Part shown: piece after piece, positions 1 through 10,518 of the stretch
How positions within the stretch are numbered: the stretch's first letter is position 1
Layout: each line of letters begins with the position of its first letter
Assembly (NCBI GenBank): GCA_963846405.1
Contig: CAWJVU010000010.1
Location: 342,824-406,823, forward strand
From: an uncultured Chitinophagaceae bacterium
GTDB lineage: Bacteria > Bacteroidota > Bacteroidia > Chitinophagales > Chitinophagaceae
DNA length: 64,000 nt
Direction: 5' to 3'
Notes under the pieces: model-generated
What the model was told of the DNA's origin: nothing
Seen by the model: the letters and a program-made list of their open reading frames with translations, nothing else
The model's database searches: none
Program-made: the position numbers and the translations under genes

Positions 1-735
1 GTTCGGTCATTTACCGAGAGCCCGGAAGTTCGCCGCACAGGTAAGCGCCGCCGTCTACCAGGAGCAAAATGCCGACTACTGGCTGAAGTACTTCAACGGC
101 GTCCAGGAAAAGGATGTTCAGGGTCTGTCGGTGCATCTCGGCGGTTCCGCGGTTTTCAACCTGGCGGATATGGCGGCCACGTTTGGTCTCGGCGCCGACA
201 AGGTAGACCGCTACAAAGCGGTATACAATACGTTCGGCAACCTGATGGTCAGGATGTATCCGTCGCTCATGCCGAGTTTTATGCCCTATGAAAAAGCCGT
301 TGACAAATCGTTCCTGCTGAGCGTGATCTCGAATCACCCCGAACTGCTGGAAGGCAAGGCGATCGAAACGCAGTATGCCGGCGAGATCACATCGGCAGTC
401 TCGTCCCGATCCTACCATATCGAGTTTGAGACGGGGTCGGCCGTTATCCGGACCGGCTCCTATAAAATGCTGGATTCGATCTTCGAGTCGGCAGTCGTGG
501 CCGAAGGGCTCAAACTGGGGGTTTATGGCCATACCGATAACAGCGGTTCGGATGATGTAAACGTTCCCCTGTCGGAGAAGCGGGCAGACGCGGTGAAGGA
601 ATATTTGCTGCGTAAGGGACTGGCGCAAACCGGATCGAGACAAAGGGATATGGCTCGTCGAAACCGGTGGCCGATAACAGCACCGTTGTCGGCAAAAGCC
701 GGAACCGGCGGGTGGAGATTGTCCTGGGCCAATAA
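1..735 (+). CDS. OmpA-family protein (5'-partial, frameshift near 630), probably with an N-terminal substrate-binding-like region
   Basis: ORF 131-763 has the OmpA C-domain motifs IEFETGSA, GHTDNSG, LSEKRADAVK. The shifted frame continues GYGSSKPVADN..NRRVEIVLGQ* with stop at 733-735. Confidence 0.75.
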
Positions 736-746
736 AACATGTTTTT

Positions 747-1520
747 ATGTTCAAACCATTTGATAAAATAAATCAACGGACCCTTTTGATAATCGTCGTA
801 ACGCAATTATCCGTGACGTTAATCAGCTGGCAGGTACTGGGCGGGGGGTTGATCCCCCCGCCTTCAAAAGTGCTGGAAGCCCTGGGTCAACTGCTGACAA
901 CGCGCCTCTTCATCGATAACCTCCTGACAAGCTTAATGCTCACCGGTCAGGCCTTGTTCTACGCAGTCGTGATCACGCTTCTCTTCGGCTACGCATCGGT
1001 CATCCCCTTTTTTCGGCCGGTAGCCCAGTTCATTGTAAAATGCCGGTACTTGACGCTGACAGGACTGATCTTCATCTTCACGCTGCTAACCAAAGACGGA
1101 GGACAGCTAAAGCTGTGGCTGCTGCTCTTTGGGATCGTGCCGTTTCTGACCACCTCCTTTCTTTCGATCATCCTGCAGACGCCAGCCGGGGAATTCGAGC
1201 TCTGCCAGACGCTGGGATATAATCCGTGGGAATGTCTGTACGAAGTGATCATCATCGGAAAAGCCGACCAGGTATTTGAGGTCGTGCGGCTTAACTTCGC
1301 GATTGCCTGGATGATGATCACGATGGTGGAAGGGTTGAATATGAGTGAGGGCGGGATTGGAGCCCTGATGATCAAATACAACAAATACAATGACCTTCCC
1401 CATGTGCTGGGATTGCAGGCGGTTATCCTTGGCTTGGGCCTGTGCTTCGATTTTTTGCTGGGAGTTCTCCGGCATTGGCTATTTCCTTACACAAAAAAAA
1501 TGAGCTATGGGAACGTATAG
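747..1520 (+). CDS. ABC transporter permease (nitrate/sulfonate type)
   Basis: Hydrophobic 257 aa with IPPPSKV and an EAA-like loop, followed by an ATPase gene. Confidence 0.8.
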   Translation: MFKPFDKINQRTLLIIVVTQLSVTLISWQVLGGGLIPPPSKVLEALGQLLTTRLFIDNLLTSLMLTGQALFYAVVITLLFGYASVIPFFRPVAQFIVKCRYLTLTGLIFIFTLLTKDGGQLKLWLLLFGIVPFLTTSFLSIILQTPAGEFELCQTLGYNPWECLYEVIIIGKADQVFEVVRLNFAIAWMMITMVEGLNMSEGGIGALMIKYNKYNDLPHVLGLQAVILGLGLCFDFLLGVLRHWLFPYTKKMSYGNV

Positions 1521-2346
1521 CAAAGAGGATGTTTTATTGCACGTGGAAAACGTAGGATTGTCCTATGAGCGGGTCTGTATCCTGCGCGATATCCATTTTA
1601 GTATCCGGGATGTTGTCCGGCCGGGTTTCCAACAGGGGCAGGTCGTTTCGCTCGTCGGCCGGAGCGGGATCGGCAAGACCCAGCTGTTCCGGCTTTTGTC
1701 GGGACTGCAGCGCCCGGATACCGGAAGCATCCGAATCCGGGAGCGGATGCCGGTCGAAAAAGAAAACGGGTCGATCGAATTTTACCGGGAACGCGACGTT
1801 CAGCCCGGCGATATGGGGGTCATTTTCCAGAATTATTACCAGTTCGGCTGGCGGACGGTGCGGCAATCGCTCCTGCTGGCGGCGCGACGGAATAAGGCCC
1901 TGGCAGGCAAAGAGGAGGCCGCGATCCGGGAATATACGCTTCGTTTTGATATCGCGGATGTGCTGGGCCGTTACCCGGCACAACTCTCGGGCGGCCAGCA
2001 GCAGCGCGTGTGTATTATTCAGCAGCTGCTAAAGGGGAGCGACTTCCTTTTGCTTGACGAGCCCTTCTCCGGCCTGGATGTCTGTGTTCTGGATAAGGTC
2101 GTGGAGCTGTTATTGCAGGTCTCGCTTTCGGATGATTTGAAGACACTGATCATCGTCTCGCATGATATCGACACCGCGGTCGCGATCTCGGATACGGTGC
2201 TCGTTTTGGGCCGCGAACCGGGGTTGGAGGGGTCGACCATCGTTCGGGAAATCGATCTGATGGAAAGAGGACTGGCATGGCAGAAAGAGGTCCGGCAGGA
2301 GAAGGCTTTCGCAGAAACGGTGCGGGAGATCAAATCGTGTTTGTGA
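1507..2346 (+). CDS. ABC transporter ATP-binding protein
   Basis: Walker A GRSGIGKT, signature LSGGQQQR, Walker B LLLDEPF, H-loop VSHD. Confidence 0.93.
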   Translation: MGTYSKEDVLLHVENVGLSYERVCILRDIHFSIRDVVRPGFQQGQVVSLVGRSGIGKTQLFRLLSGLQRPDTGSIRIRERMPVEKENGSIEFYRERDVQPGDMGVIFQNYYQFGWRTVRQSLLLAARRNKALAGKEEAAIREYTLRFDIADVLGRYPAQLSGGQQQRVCIIQQLLKGSDFLLLDEPFSGLDVCVLDKVVELLLQVSLSDDLKTLIIVSHDIDTAVAISDTVLVLGREPGLEGSTIVREIDLMERGLAWQKEVRQEKAFAETVREIKSCL

Positions 2347-3007
2347 GGTGGAACAGGACCTTGATTCCGGAAAATGCGATCTGCATCCCGATACAGAACA
2401 CAAGGAAGGCGCTCAGCCGGTTGACGATCTGTTCTCCCCGGGGACCTAAGCGATGCGTAATCCGGGGTGTATTGGTATAACAGATATACACGAGCAGACA
2501 AATACCCAGGATGGCAATAGCCAGCGCCGAAAGGTTAAGAAAGTGCTCGCTAAGCGATGTTTCATTGGGGTGCGCGCTGAGGGTCAGGATAATGGAGATC
2601 GTGCCCGGGCCCGTAGTCATGGGAAATGCGACCGGATAGAAAAGGATATTGTCGATATTCGCGGTTTGCTCGGGGTGGGCCGTTTCCTTTTTGGTCTTGA
2701 TCTCGTTGTCAGTCGTCAGTAGCTGCCAGCCCATTCGACAGATCATGATACCCCCGGCAAGCTGGACGATCGGGACGGAGATCCCGAAGATCTTGAGCAC
2801 CCAGCTGCCAACAAGCGCGGTGACCGTGCAAATGACAAAACAGTAGAGTGCCACCTTCTTCGACGCGCTCCTCCGCTCCGGCATGCCGAGATCTCCAAGC
2901 AGCGGTTCGACGATAAAGGCCGACCCGATGGGGTTTACCGCCGGGAACAGCGAGATAAAAGCAAAGAAGATAAGTTGAAAAAAGGGCAAGTCAAAATGCA
3001 TAAACAA
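2330..3007 (-). CDS. MarC family membrane protein
   Basis: VNPIG, FGIS..QLAGG, PVAFPMTTGPG motifs. Confidence 0.88.
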   Translation of the reverse strand: MFMHFDLPFFQLIFFAFISLFPAVNPIGSAFIVEPLLGDLGMPERRSASKKVALYCFVICTVTALVGSWVLKIFGISVPIVQLAGGIMICRMGWQLLTTDNEIKTKKETAHPEQTANIDNILFYPVAFPMTTGPGTISIILTLSAHPNETSLSEHFLNLSALAIAILGICLLVYICYTNTPRITHRLGPRGEQIVNRLSAFLVFCIGMQIAFSGIKVLFHLTNTI

Positions 3008-3039
3008 TATTAATTAATTTGCAGGTCTTAAAGGCAAAT

Positions 3040-3627
3040 ATGAGACCCTTCGTGCTGTGCACCCTCGTCTTGTTATTATCCTGTCATCCCACGCCGCAAA
3101 ATCCCGACAGGCCCCATGTCATCATCCAGTCGCAGGCGGGAGACATCGAAATTGAGCTGTATCCCCGTCAGGCGCCGAAGACGGTCGCGGCATTCCTTTC
3201 TTATGTCGATTCCGGGCTCTACAAAAAAAGCTGTTTTTACCGGATTCTCAATGAGGAAAACCAGGCGACGGGCGCCGATCCTTCAGCGTTGATCCAGGGA
3301 GGGATCTGGAAGACCAATCATGCAAAGGCGACTTCGTTGCCGGGAATTCCACATGAGACGACCCAGCAGACCCATCTCCTGCACACCGATGGCGTTATAT
3401 CGATGGCCAGGCAGGCGCCGGGGACAGCGACAACGGAGTTCTTCATATGCGTGGGAGATCAGCCGGGGTTCGACTACGGTGGGAAGAACAATCCGGATGG
3501 TCAGGGCTATGCCGCCTTTGGAAAAGTGGTAAAAGGGATGGATGTGGTGCGGGCGATCTACGGGTTACCGGAGGAGGACCAGTCGTTTACTCCGCCGGTG
3601 GCCATTCGAAATATTGTCCGCGAATAA
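3040..3627 (+). CDS. Cyclophilin-type peptidyl-prolyl isomerase (lipoprotein)
   Basis: APKTVAAF, IQGG, ISMAR, EFFI, GYAAFGKVVKGMDVV. Lipobox LLSC. Confidence 0.9.
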   Translation: MRPFVLCTLVLLLSCHPTPQNPDRPHVIIQSQAGDIEIELYPRQAPKTVAAFLSYVDSGLYKKSCFYRILNEENQATGADPSALIQGGIWKTNHAKATSLPGIPHETTQQTHLLHTDGVISMARQAPGTATTEFFICVGDQPGFDYGGKNNPDGQGYAAFGKVVKGMDVVRAIYGLPEEDQSFTPPVAIRNIVRE

Positions 3628-3629
3628 CC

Positions 3630-6020
3630 CTATTCAGATCTCAAACTCTTGACAGGATTAGCTAACGCCGCGGAGATGGATTGATAGCTTATTGTCAGCA
3701 GTGTGATCAGAATTACCGTAGCCCCCGTCAGCCAAAAAAGGTCGGCGGTGACCCGGGTCCGGTAAAAAAATTCATTAAGCCACGCGTTCATTCCAAGCCA
3801 CGCCAGCGGGAAAGCGATCGCCAGCGCCACAACAATCAGCCACAGGAATTCTTTGGATACCAGCAAAACCAGTTGGGTTACACTGGCCCCGATGACCTTC
3901 CGGATACCGAGCTCCTTTTGTCTGCGACTGGCGCTGAATGCCGCAAGCCCAAACAGCCCGAGACACGAAATGAGAATAGCCAGACCGGCAAAGTAGCGCG
4001 AGAGGATACCGATCCTGATCTCGGAAGAATAAAGTCGTTGATAGCTTTCATCCAGGTATTTGTATTCGAACCCCATCCCGGGCATAAAGCCCGTAAAGGC
4101 CTTTCCGATCCGGGCGATCGTCTGTTTCTCGTTCCCCGGTTGCAGACGGACGATGACCCAATTGGCGACGGGATAACACCGGAAGAACGCAGGCTTCACG
4201 GGTTGATAAAGGGATTCGAAATTAAAATCGGCCGCTACCCCGATGATCTCCCGCTTTTCATCCCAGAAGCGGACAACCTTGCCAAGAGGGTCTTTAAGAC
4301 CCATTGCCTTGATCGCCGTTTCGTTCATAATGATCTCATGGTCCATATTCTTGGAGAAATACCGCCCGGCAATCAATTTTATCCCGATCGTCTGCAAAAA
4401 ATTCGTGCCGATCTCAATGTTAGCGAAATTAATATTCAAAGCCGGGTCTTTGCCCGCCCAGTTTACGCCACCGATCGCGCCATGATCGCCGGTGAGATTA
4501 TGATAGTGACTGCCGGCATTCGCAACGCCAGGAATATTGTTCAATTCGGACACAAAACTTGCCGCGTGCACCATATAAGCCGAGTCCATAGAGCCCGGAA
4601 TATTAAAGTCGATGACATGCTCCCGGTTATAACCCAGGTCGCGCGATTGGATATAGGATACCTGCCGGTAGACGATCAATACCCCTGCAATGAAAAGGAC
4701 CGACAGCGTAAATTGAAACACAACAAGGCCTTTCCGGGCCCACAGCTCGGCCCAGGAGGTCTTGATGGTTCCCTTCAGCACGGCTGCCGGCCGGAAGGCA
4801 GAAAGGTAGAAGGCCGGATAGCTGCCGGCGAAGAGCCCGGTAAGAAGAGCGATCCCCGCCAATTCGAGGAGAAGCGTCGGACTAAACCTGAGTGCAAGTT
4901 GTTTACCTGTAATATCATTAAAAACCGGCAATAACATCGCTCCAATGACAAGCGCAACCAACACCGAAGCAATACTTAGCAGGACCGATTCGCCAAGATA
5001 TTGAAGGATAAGCGTACCCCTGCCGGCGCCAACCACCTTTTTGATCCCGACCTCCCTTGCCCGTTGGGCTGCCCGCGCCGTGGAGAGATTCATGAAATTG
5101 ATGCAGGCGATAATCAGGATAAAGATGGCAATGATGGTAAATAGTTTGACATAGACGATCCGGCCTCCGCTGGGAATGCCGTTCTCAAAGCGGTCGTATA
5201 AATAACGGTCGGAGAATCGGCTAAGAAAAAGTTGGGGGTAGTTGTCTTTGCGGCCTTGTTTTGAAGCCAGGTAAGGAGCGAGCTTTCGGTTGAAGGCAGC
5301 GGGATCGGCGCCTGACTTAAGCAGGACGAATGTATGTGGGTCAGAGTTACCCCATTCCTTAAGACCGGGTCGCCTTTCCTGCGCGAGATCAAAGTTGAAG
5401 AGCAGGTCGGGTTTTTCGGTTGCGTTTGCCGGGTTGGGTTGGAAAATACCCCTGATGGCATAGTTGCCGCTAAAGTCGTTCTGGTCGAAATGGATGACTT
5501 TCCCGATAAGATTCTGCGTGGTGCCAAAGAGACGTTGAGCCATTGATGCCGATATGAATATCCCCTGCTTGTCGGCAAAAAGAAGGTGATAGTCCCCTTC
5601 GAGAATGGGACAGGTAAACAGGTGGAAAAAATTGCTGTCAACGAGCTGCGGGGTTGCGTTAAGCTTTTTGTCGCCATAGGTTACTAATCCGGAAGGGGTG
5701 GTGGGATCATTGAACCACGATGCCGGCAATACCACGGAGGCATCTTCGATTTCAGGAAACTCGGCCCTGAGAGACTTCGCGAGGATACCCGGCGTATACA
5801 TGCCGGTCTCCACCCCATTTGAGGTCTTGTCATTTCTCATTACCTGGTAAAGGCGGCTGTCATTGGGGTTGTATTTCTCCATTCCGTATTCGTCGGCAAT
5901 CCATAAGCCGATGAGGAGGGCGCAGGCGAGCCCAACCGAAAGGCCAAGTAGATTGAGGAGGGAGAATTGACGATCCTTAAGGAGGTTTCGCCAGGCCAGC
6001 TTCAGATAATTTCGCAGCAT
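3630..6020 (-). CDS. MacB/FtsX-like ABC permease
   Basis: MLRNYLKLAWRNL, IACINFMNLSTAR, KELGIRKVIGA, ANPVKSLRSE. Confidence 0.92.
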   Translation of the reverse strand: MLRNYLKLAWRNLLKDRQFSLLNLLGLSVGLACALLIGLWIADEYGMEKYNPNDSRLYQVMRNDKTSNGVETGMYTPGILAKSLRAEFPEIEDASVVLPASWFNDPTTPSGLVTYGDKKLNATPQLVDSNFFHLFTCPILEGDYHLLFADKQGIFISASMAQRLFGTTQNLIGKVIHFDQNDFSGNYAIRGIFQPNPANATEKPDLLFNFDLAQERRPGLKEWGNSDPHTFVLLKSGADPAAFNRKLAPYLASKQGRKDNYPQLFLSRFSDRYLYDRFENGIPSGGRIVYVKLFTIIAIFILIIACINFMNLSTARAAQRAREVGIKKVVGAGRGTLILQYLGESVLLSIASVLVALVIGAMLLPVFNDITGKQLALRFSPTLLLELAGIALLTGLFAGSYPAFYLSAFRPAAVLKGTIKTSWAELWARKGLVVFQFTLSVLFIAGVLIVYRQVSYIQSRDLGYNREHVIDFNIPGSMDSAYMVHAASFVSELNNIPGVANAGSHYHNLTGDHGAIGGVNWAGKDPALNINFANIEIGTNFLQTIGIKLIAGRYFSKNMDHEIIMNETAIKAMGLKDPLGKVVRFWDEKREIIGVAADFNFESLYQPVKPAFFRCYPVANWVIVRLQPGNEKQTIARIGKAFTGFMPGMGFEYKYLDESYQRLYSSEIRIGILSRYFAGLAILISCLGLFGLAAFSASRRQKELGIRKVIGASVTQLVLLVSKEFLWLIVVALAIAFPLAWLGMNAWLNEFFYRTRVTADLFWLTGATVILITLLTISYQSISAALANPVKSLRSE

Positions 6021-6113
6021 ACTTTTATCTTTAGACGTACACCGGTACAAAAAAGTTTCCGGAATTTTAACCGCTTAAGAGTCAAAAGTTTACAAAATAA
6101 TAGCGCGCGTTGG

Positions 6114-6130
6114 TGTCCGGAAACGATACA
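6114..6130. promoter_or_regulatory. Putative activator binding site TGTCCGGAAACGATACA
   Basis: TGT-N11-ACA site; a near-identical copy at 29506-29522 lies upstream of the paralogous permease. Confidence 0.5.
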
Positions 6131-6149
6131 AGCGGTGTCCGGCGACATT

Positions 6150-7041
6150 TCATACTTTAAAATACGTCTCCAATTCCTGCAGCGTATCGGCGGTTGTATC
6201 GATATCCTTGATGATCCGGCCTTTTTCCATCAGGAGGATCCGGCTGCACACATCCGTAATATGGTTGATATCGTGACTACTCACGAAGATAGTCATCGGA
6301 TACCGTTCCTGCCACTTCTTCAGCATTTTGATCAGTCGAAGCTGGGAGGAAGGGTCGAGATTGGCGAAGGGCTCATCGAGTATCAGGACCTGCGGTTCCC
6401 GGAGGAGACAGGCGGCGATACCTACTTTAAACTGATTGCCTTTTGACAGGTCGCGAATGTATTTGCCGCTCCGCAGGACACCGCCGTCAAAAAAGGCGTC
6501 GAAGTTCCGAAGGAAATCGTCTATATAAACGCGGGAGCGATTGTTCAGGGATCCCACAAAGTAAAAATATTCTTCCGGGGTAAGATAGTTGATGAGAAAA
6601 CCGATCACAAAACAAGCGGTCGGCAGCGGGCCGTATGCGGGTCCAAGCACGGTTATAACAAACGGAATGAAGATAAAAATCGGCAGCAGGTTCAGAAAAT
6701 GAAATATGGATCGGACATTGAGAAACCGTACGAGTTGGCGCCGCCGGATGTTTTGGGCCAGATACGGCTGGACGGACAGGACAGGTAATTCCTGGATGAG
6801 GAAACGCATCAGGATATCCCCAAGGAAATAATAAAGGATCAGGCCGCAGAAAACCTTTATAACGTCCTGCCCCGGGAACAATTCGGGTAGCAGATGCCGG
6901 AAGGAAAAGCCCAGAACGATCGCGCAGGCCAGCAGATAGAGAATAACAAAGCCCATAACGATCTGTGCGGCCAGGTTTTTCCCGGCGCTCCGGCTCCGCC
7001 AGAAGGCTTTCCATTGATGTGAAAGGAGTGTGAGGATCATA
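6150..7041 (-). pseudogene. In-frame chimera: N-terminus of a DUF5687-like membrane protein fused to the C-terminal part of an ABC ATPase
   Basis: The N-half is hydrophobic (LSHQWKAFWRS). The C-half has LSKGNQFK, LILDEPF and SSHD but no Walker A. Confidence 0.65.
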
Positions 7042-7087
7042 ACGGTGTCAAAGTACGAATCTACCTTGATTTGCTGTAATTTTAAGT

Positions 7088-7996
7088 ATGATCGCAAGAA
7101 TGGTCAGGATCTTTATCCGATTTATATTGGGCGTGTTGATCTTCCTGATTGTTGCGCTGTTGGTCGGGGACAGGTTCGTTCAATTCAGAATGGATGATAA
7201 GGAGCTGACCGAATGGTTCAAAGCGCGGAATATTCAACCCCATATTGGCTATTACGAAGCACAGGGCCGAAAGGTCCGCTACATAGGCGTAGGTGACAAT
7301 CCCGAAGCGACCATCCTCTTTATTCACGGCGCTCCCAGTTCCATGAGCTATTGGAAAGGATATCTGGCCGACAGCGTGCTGTTGTCGCGGGCGACGATGT
7401 ATGCAGTCGACCGGCCCGGTTATGGTTACTCCGGACTGGCGGATCCGCTGCCCGACATCTCGGCGCAGGCCGCGATCATTTCTAAAATCCTGGACAGCCT
7501 GCATCACGTAAACCGGCCGGTGATCGTTGTCGGCGTGAGTTATGGATCGCCGATCGCCGCCCGGCTGGCAATGGATTATCCCGAGCTGGTGGATGGCCTG
7601 ATATTGATGGCACCCCCACTGGGCCCGGGGCGGGAAAAGTACTTCTGGTTCACCTATCCCATAGAGAACCCGCTCATCCACTGGGTTATCCCGCGGATGC
7701 TGCAGACGGCCAACCGGGAGAAAGTACATCATAAGGACGAGCTGGCGAAGATGTTGCCGCTATGGAACCGGATCCGCGTGCCCGTGATGTATTTGCAGGG
7801 ACAAGAGGATAGGTTGGTGGATACAAGCAATGCGAGTTTTGCGCGGGAACATTTAACGAATGTCCCCTCCCTCAATATCCAAATGATACCGGGAAGGGGA
7901 CACCTGATCGCTTTTGATGAAAAGGACAGGATCATCCGGACGATCGTGAACATGATCGATACCTGTCAACGTCGCGAACTCACCCATCCATTCTGA
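7088..7996 (+). CDS. Alpha/beta hydrolase
   Basis: FIHGAP, VDRPGYG, GVSYG nucleophile elbow, GRGH. Confidence 0.88.
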   Translation: MIARMVRIFIRFILGVLIFLIVALLVGDRFVQFRMDDKELTEWFKARNIQPHIGYYEAQGRKVRYIGVGDNPEATILFIHGAPSSMSYWKGYLADSVLLSRATMYAVDRPGYGYSGLADPLPDISAQAAIISKILDSLHHVNRPVIVVGVSYGSPIAARLAMDYPELVDGLILMAPPLGPGREKYFWFTYPIENPLIHWVIPRMLQTANREKVHHKDELAKMLPLWNRIRVPVMYLQGQEDRLVDTSNASFAREHLTNVPSLNIQMIPGRGHLIAFDEKDRIIRTIVNMIDTCQRRELTHPF

Positions 7997-8026
7997 CGAT
8001 CCCTCACCCATCCATTCTGACGATCC
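7979..8026. repeat. Exact 24-bp tandem duplication CTCACCCATCCATTCTGACGATCC x2
   Basis: Copies at 7979-8002 and 8003-8026, spanning the convergent stop codons of the hydrolase and rtcB. Confidence 0.9.
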
Positions 8027-9405
8027 TGGGTATGAATTTCCCAACGACATCGACCAGTTGATGTTGTGACCGCATAACGGCATCGATATCTTTATAAGCC
8101 TGCGGGGCTTCATCCAACCCGCCACCGATCAGCTTCACACCATGCGCCTGCAGGGTCTCCTGCAAAAACGTCTGACTGATAGACTTCATCGCCGCGGTCC
8201 TGCTCATCTTCCTTCCCGCGCCGTGAGCAGCGGATGCAATTGACGCCTGTTCCCCCCTGCCCTTTACGATAAATCCAGCGGCGGTCATCGACCCGGGAAT
8301 AATGCCCAAAACATCCTTACCGGCAGGTGTTGCCCCCTTTCGGTGAACAATCACTTCCCGCCCTTCGAAAATCTCCTTCCAGGCAAAGTTGTGATGATTC
8401 TCGACCCTTGATAGCGGCTGCCGGCCAAGCTGACCGGCAATCTTATCGTGGATCACATGATGACAGGCAGAGGCATAGTCTCCCGCAAGGTTCATGGCAA
8501 GCCAGTATTCGATGCCTTCCTGTTCGGTGAGGTCAAGCCATGCGAGGTTTTTCGCCTCACCCGGGCAGCAGTCGCTTTTGCTTTGGCGATATGTGTATAG
8601 TGATCTGCGATCTTCGCACCGAGTCCCCGCGAACCGGAATGGGACAAGAGCCCCAGGTAATTACCCGGCTGCAAGACCCAGCCGGCCGTCCTTCTCACCA
8701 ATCGTTACGGTGCCGAATTCCACAAAGTGGTTGCCGGAGCCGGAAGAGCCCAATTGCCTGGCGGCCCGGCCCTGCAATGGCTTTCAGCAAAGGGATCTCG
8801 TTGAATTCATCCGGTCCATAACCTCATGGGATGTGGACTGGTCGAATTGCCTTCCGCTGCCAAACAAGGTGGCCATTTTCAGCTCCCGCGTAAAAAAAGC
8901 TTCCTTCTGCGCCAGTTCTTTTGGGTCGATGTCAAAAACCGACAGACACATCCGGCAGCCGATATCGACACCAACGCCATAGGGGATGACCGCATTTTCG
9001 GTGGCCAATACCCCGCCGATCGGCAAGCCATACCCGCTGTGGGCGTCAGGCATCAGCGCGCCGGCGACCGCTATGGGTAATTTCGTGGCCTGATACATTT
9101 GGTGCATAGCGCCTTCTTCGATATTGTCCCTGCCGAATACGTTAAAGGGATGCCTGTTTTGTTCAGTGAATTTCCACCCCTTCCATCTTGGGCTTTGGCA
9201 TCAGTTGTTGTGCAATCAGGCCCAGAACAGCGTCGTTCGCGTATTCGACTGGCGACGCCAATATCTGCTTCAATAAATTCATAACTACGTCCTCACTTTC
9301 GAACTTATAATTCTTTTCCATTACGTTCATGGCTATGCTAATGACCGGTCCTTCCGGATAGCCGATAGCCCGTAAGTCTTTACCGCGTAATTTTAATTTT
9401 GCCAT
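8004..9405 (-). CDS. rtcB: RNA-splicing/repair ligase RtcB (several frameshifts)
   Basis: The fragments carry LMPDAHSGYGLPIGGV, GVGVDIGC, GNHFVE (off-track frame), SHSGSRG, HHNFAW, VHRKGAT, PGSM, HGAGR and DEAPQAYK. Confidence 0.93.
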
Positions 9406-9456
9406 TTAAGTTTATCTTTATTTCGGTGCGACATAAAATCTGCCGCAACTGATCGA

Positions 9457-10518
9457 TCAGCATCCCATTTCCACTAACGCTGATCTGTTGATCTTTTCGG
9501 CGATCTTCTCGACATACTCCATTTCCTTCAGCTTGTACAGCATCGGGTTGTCCTCCATCAGCTTGGCTGTGTTCAACAAGCTGCGGGTGCTGGCCGTTTC
9601 TTCCCGGCGCATGATCACGTTCGCCTGCGCCTTCTTTTCAGCGACCAGTACCTGGTTCATGATTTCCTTGACATCACCCGGTAGGACGATATCCCGGATA
9701 CCGAAACCGGCGACGGCAATACCCAGCGATTCGGCTGCAACGCCAACCCGCTCCAGAATGACCGGCGCAAGCTGGTCCTTCTTCTCCAGGATCTCGTCAA
9801 AAAGCAATCCGCCGACGTATTCCCGGATCGCGAGCTGGAAGGACACATAAAGCTGCTTTTCGTAGTCCTTGTTCCGCAACAGGGCCTTTTCGATATCGAC
9901 TACCTGGTACTGTGCCCAGGCGTTGACACGAAGGGCTGCCTTATCCCTGGTCAGGATCTCCTGGCCATTTATCTCCAGCTGCTGCCGACGAGTGTCTACT
10001 TTGCCGACAAAGATGGCGATGTTGTTCTTCCACCAGTAATATACGCCGCTATCCAGGATCTGCTCGAATTTTCCATCGACAAAGAGCACTGCTTTTTCAT
10101 AGCTCTCTACACTGGAGCTCCGGACAAAAGAAGCGACCAGTTTGCTGAGAAGCGTGGGACGATCGATATCTTCGGTGATCCCGATCTTGCGGAGGTCCGC
10201 CCGGACAAACCCATAGTTGATCACGGCCTTCCAGTAAGCGTAACGGCCAGGCCCGAGCACCTGCTTCAGCAATCCGTTTTCGTACTGAAGAACGATTTCA
10301 TGATCACCCACCTCGACCACATGCAACGCCTCGGCTAGATCGGTATCCTTCAACAGGATATTCAGCTCATAAGCCGGAGTAAACGGCCTGGTGAGATCAT
10401 AAATCTCAGCGGTTTCGGAAGCCCAAAGCCAATAGCTGCCTTCCTTTAACATGCGCTTGTATGCGCCGTTCTTAAACACCAAACCAATCTGGTAGGTGTT
10501 GATGACTACCCATTTCAT
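9457..10518 (-). CDS. Slipin/SPFH (band 7) domain protein; C-terminus probably frameshifted
   Basis: GQEILTRDK, IRDIVLPGDVKEIMNQVLVAEKKAQAN, RREETASTRSLLNTAK. ATG at 10518 follows an A-rich leader. Confidence 0.88.
   Translation of the reverse strand: MKWVVINTYQIGLVFKNGAYKRMLKEGSYWLWASETAEIYDLTRPFTPAYELNILLKDTDLAEALHVVEVGDHEIVLQYENGLLKQVLGPGRYAYWKAVINYGFVRADLRKIGITEDIDRPTLLSKLVASFVRSSSVESYEKAVLFVDGKFEQILDSGVYYWWKNNIAIFVGKVDTRRQQLEINGQEILTRDKAALRVNAWAQYQVVDIEKALLRNKDYEKQLYVSFQLAIREYVGGLLFDEILEKKDQLAPVILERVGVAAESLGIAVAGFGIRDIVLPGDVKEIMNQVLVAEKKAQANVIMRREETASTRSLLNTAKLMEDNPMLYKLKEMEYVEKIAEKINRSALVEMGC

Noticed and set aside
8004-9405. Programmed frameshifting or pseudogenisation of rtcB
   Set aside because: The same indel pattern affects many unrelated genes, and all catalytic motifs are retained.
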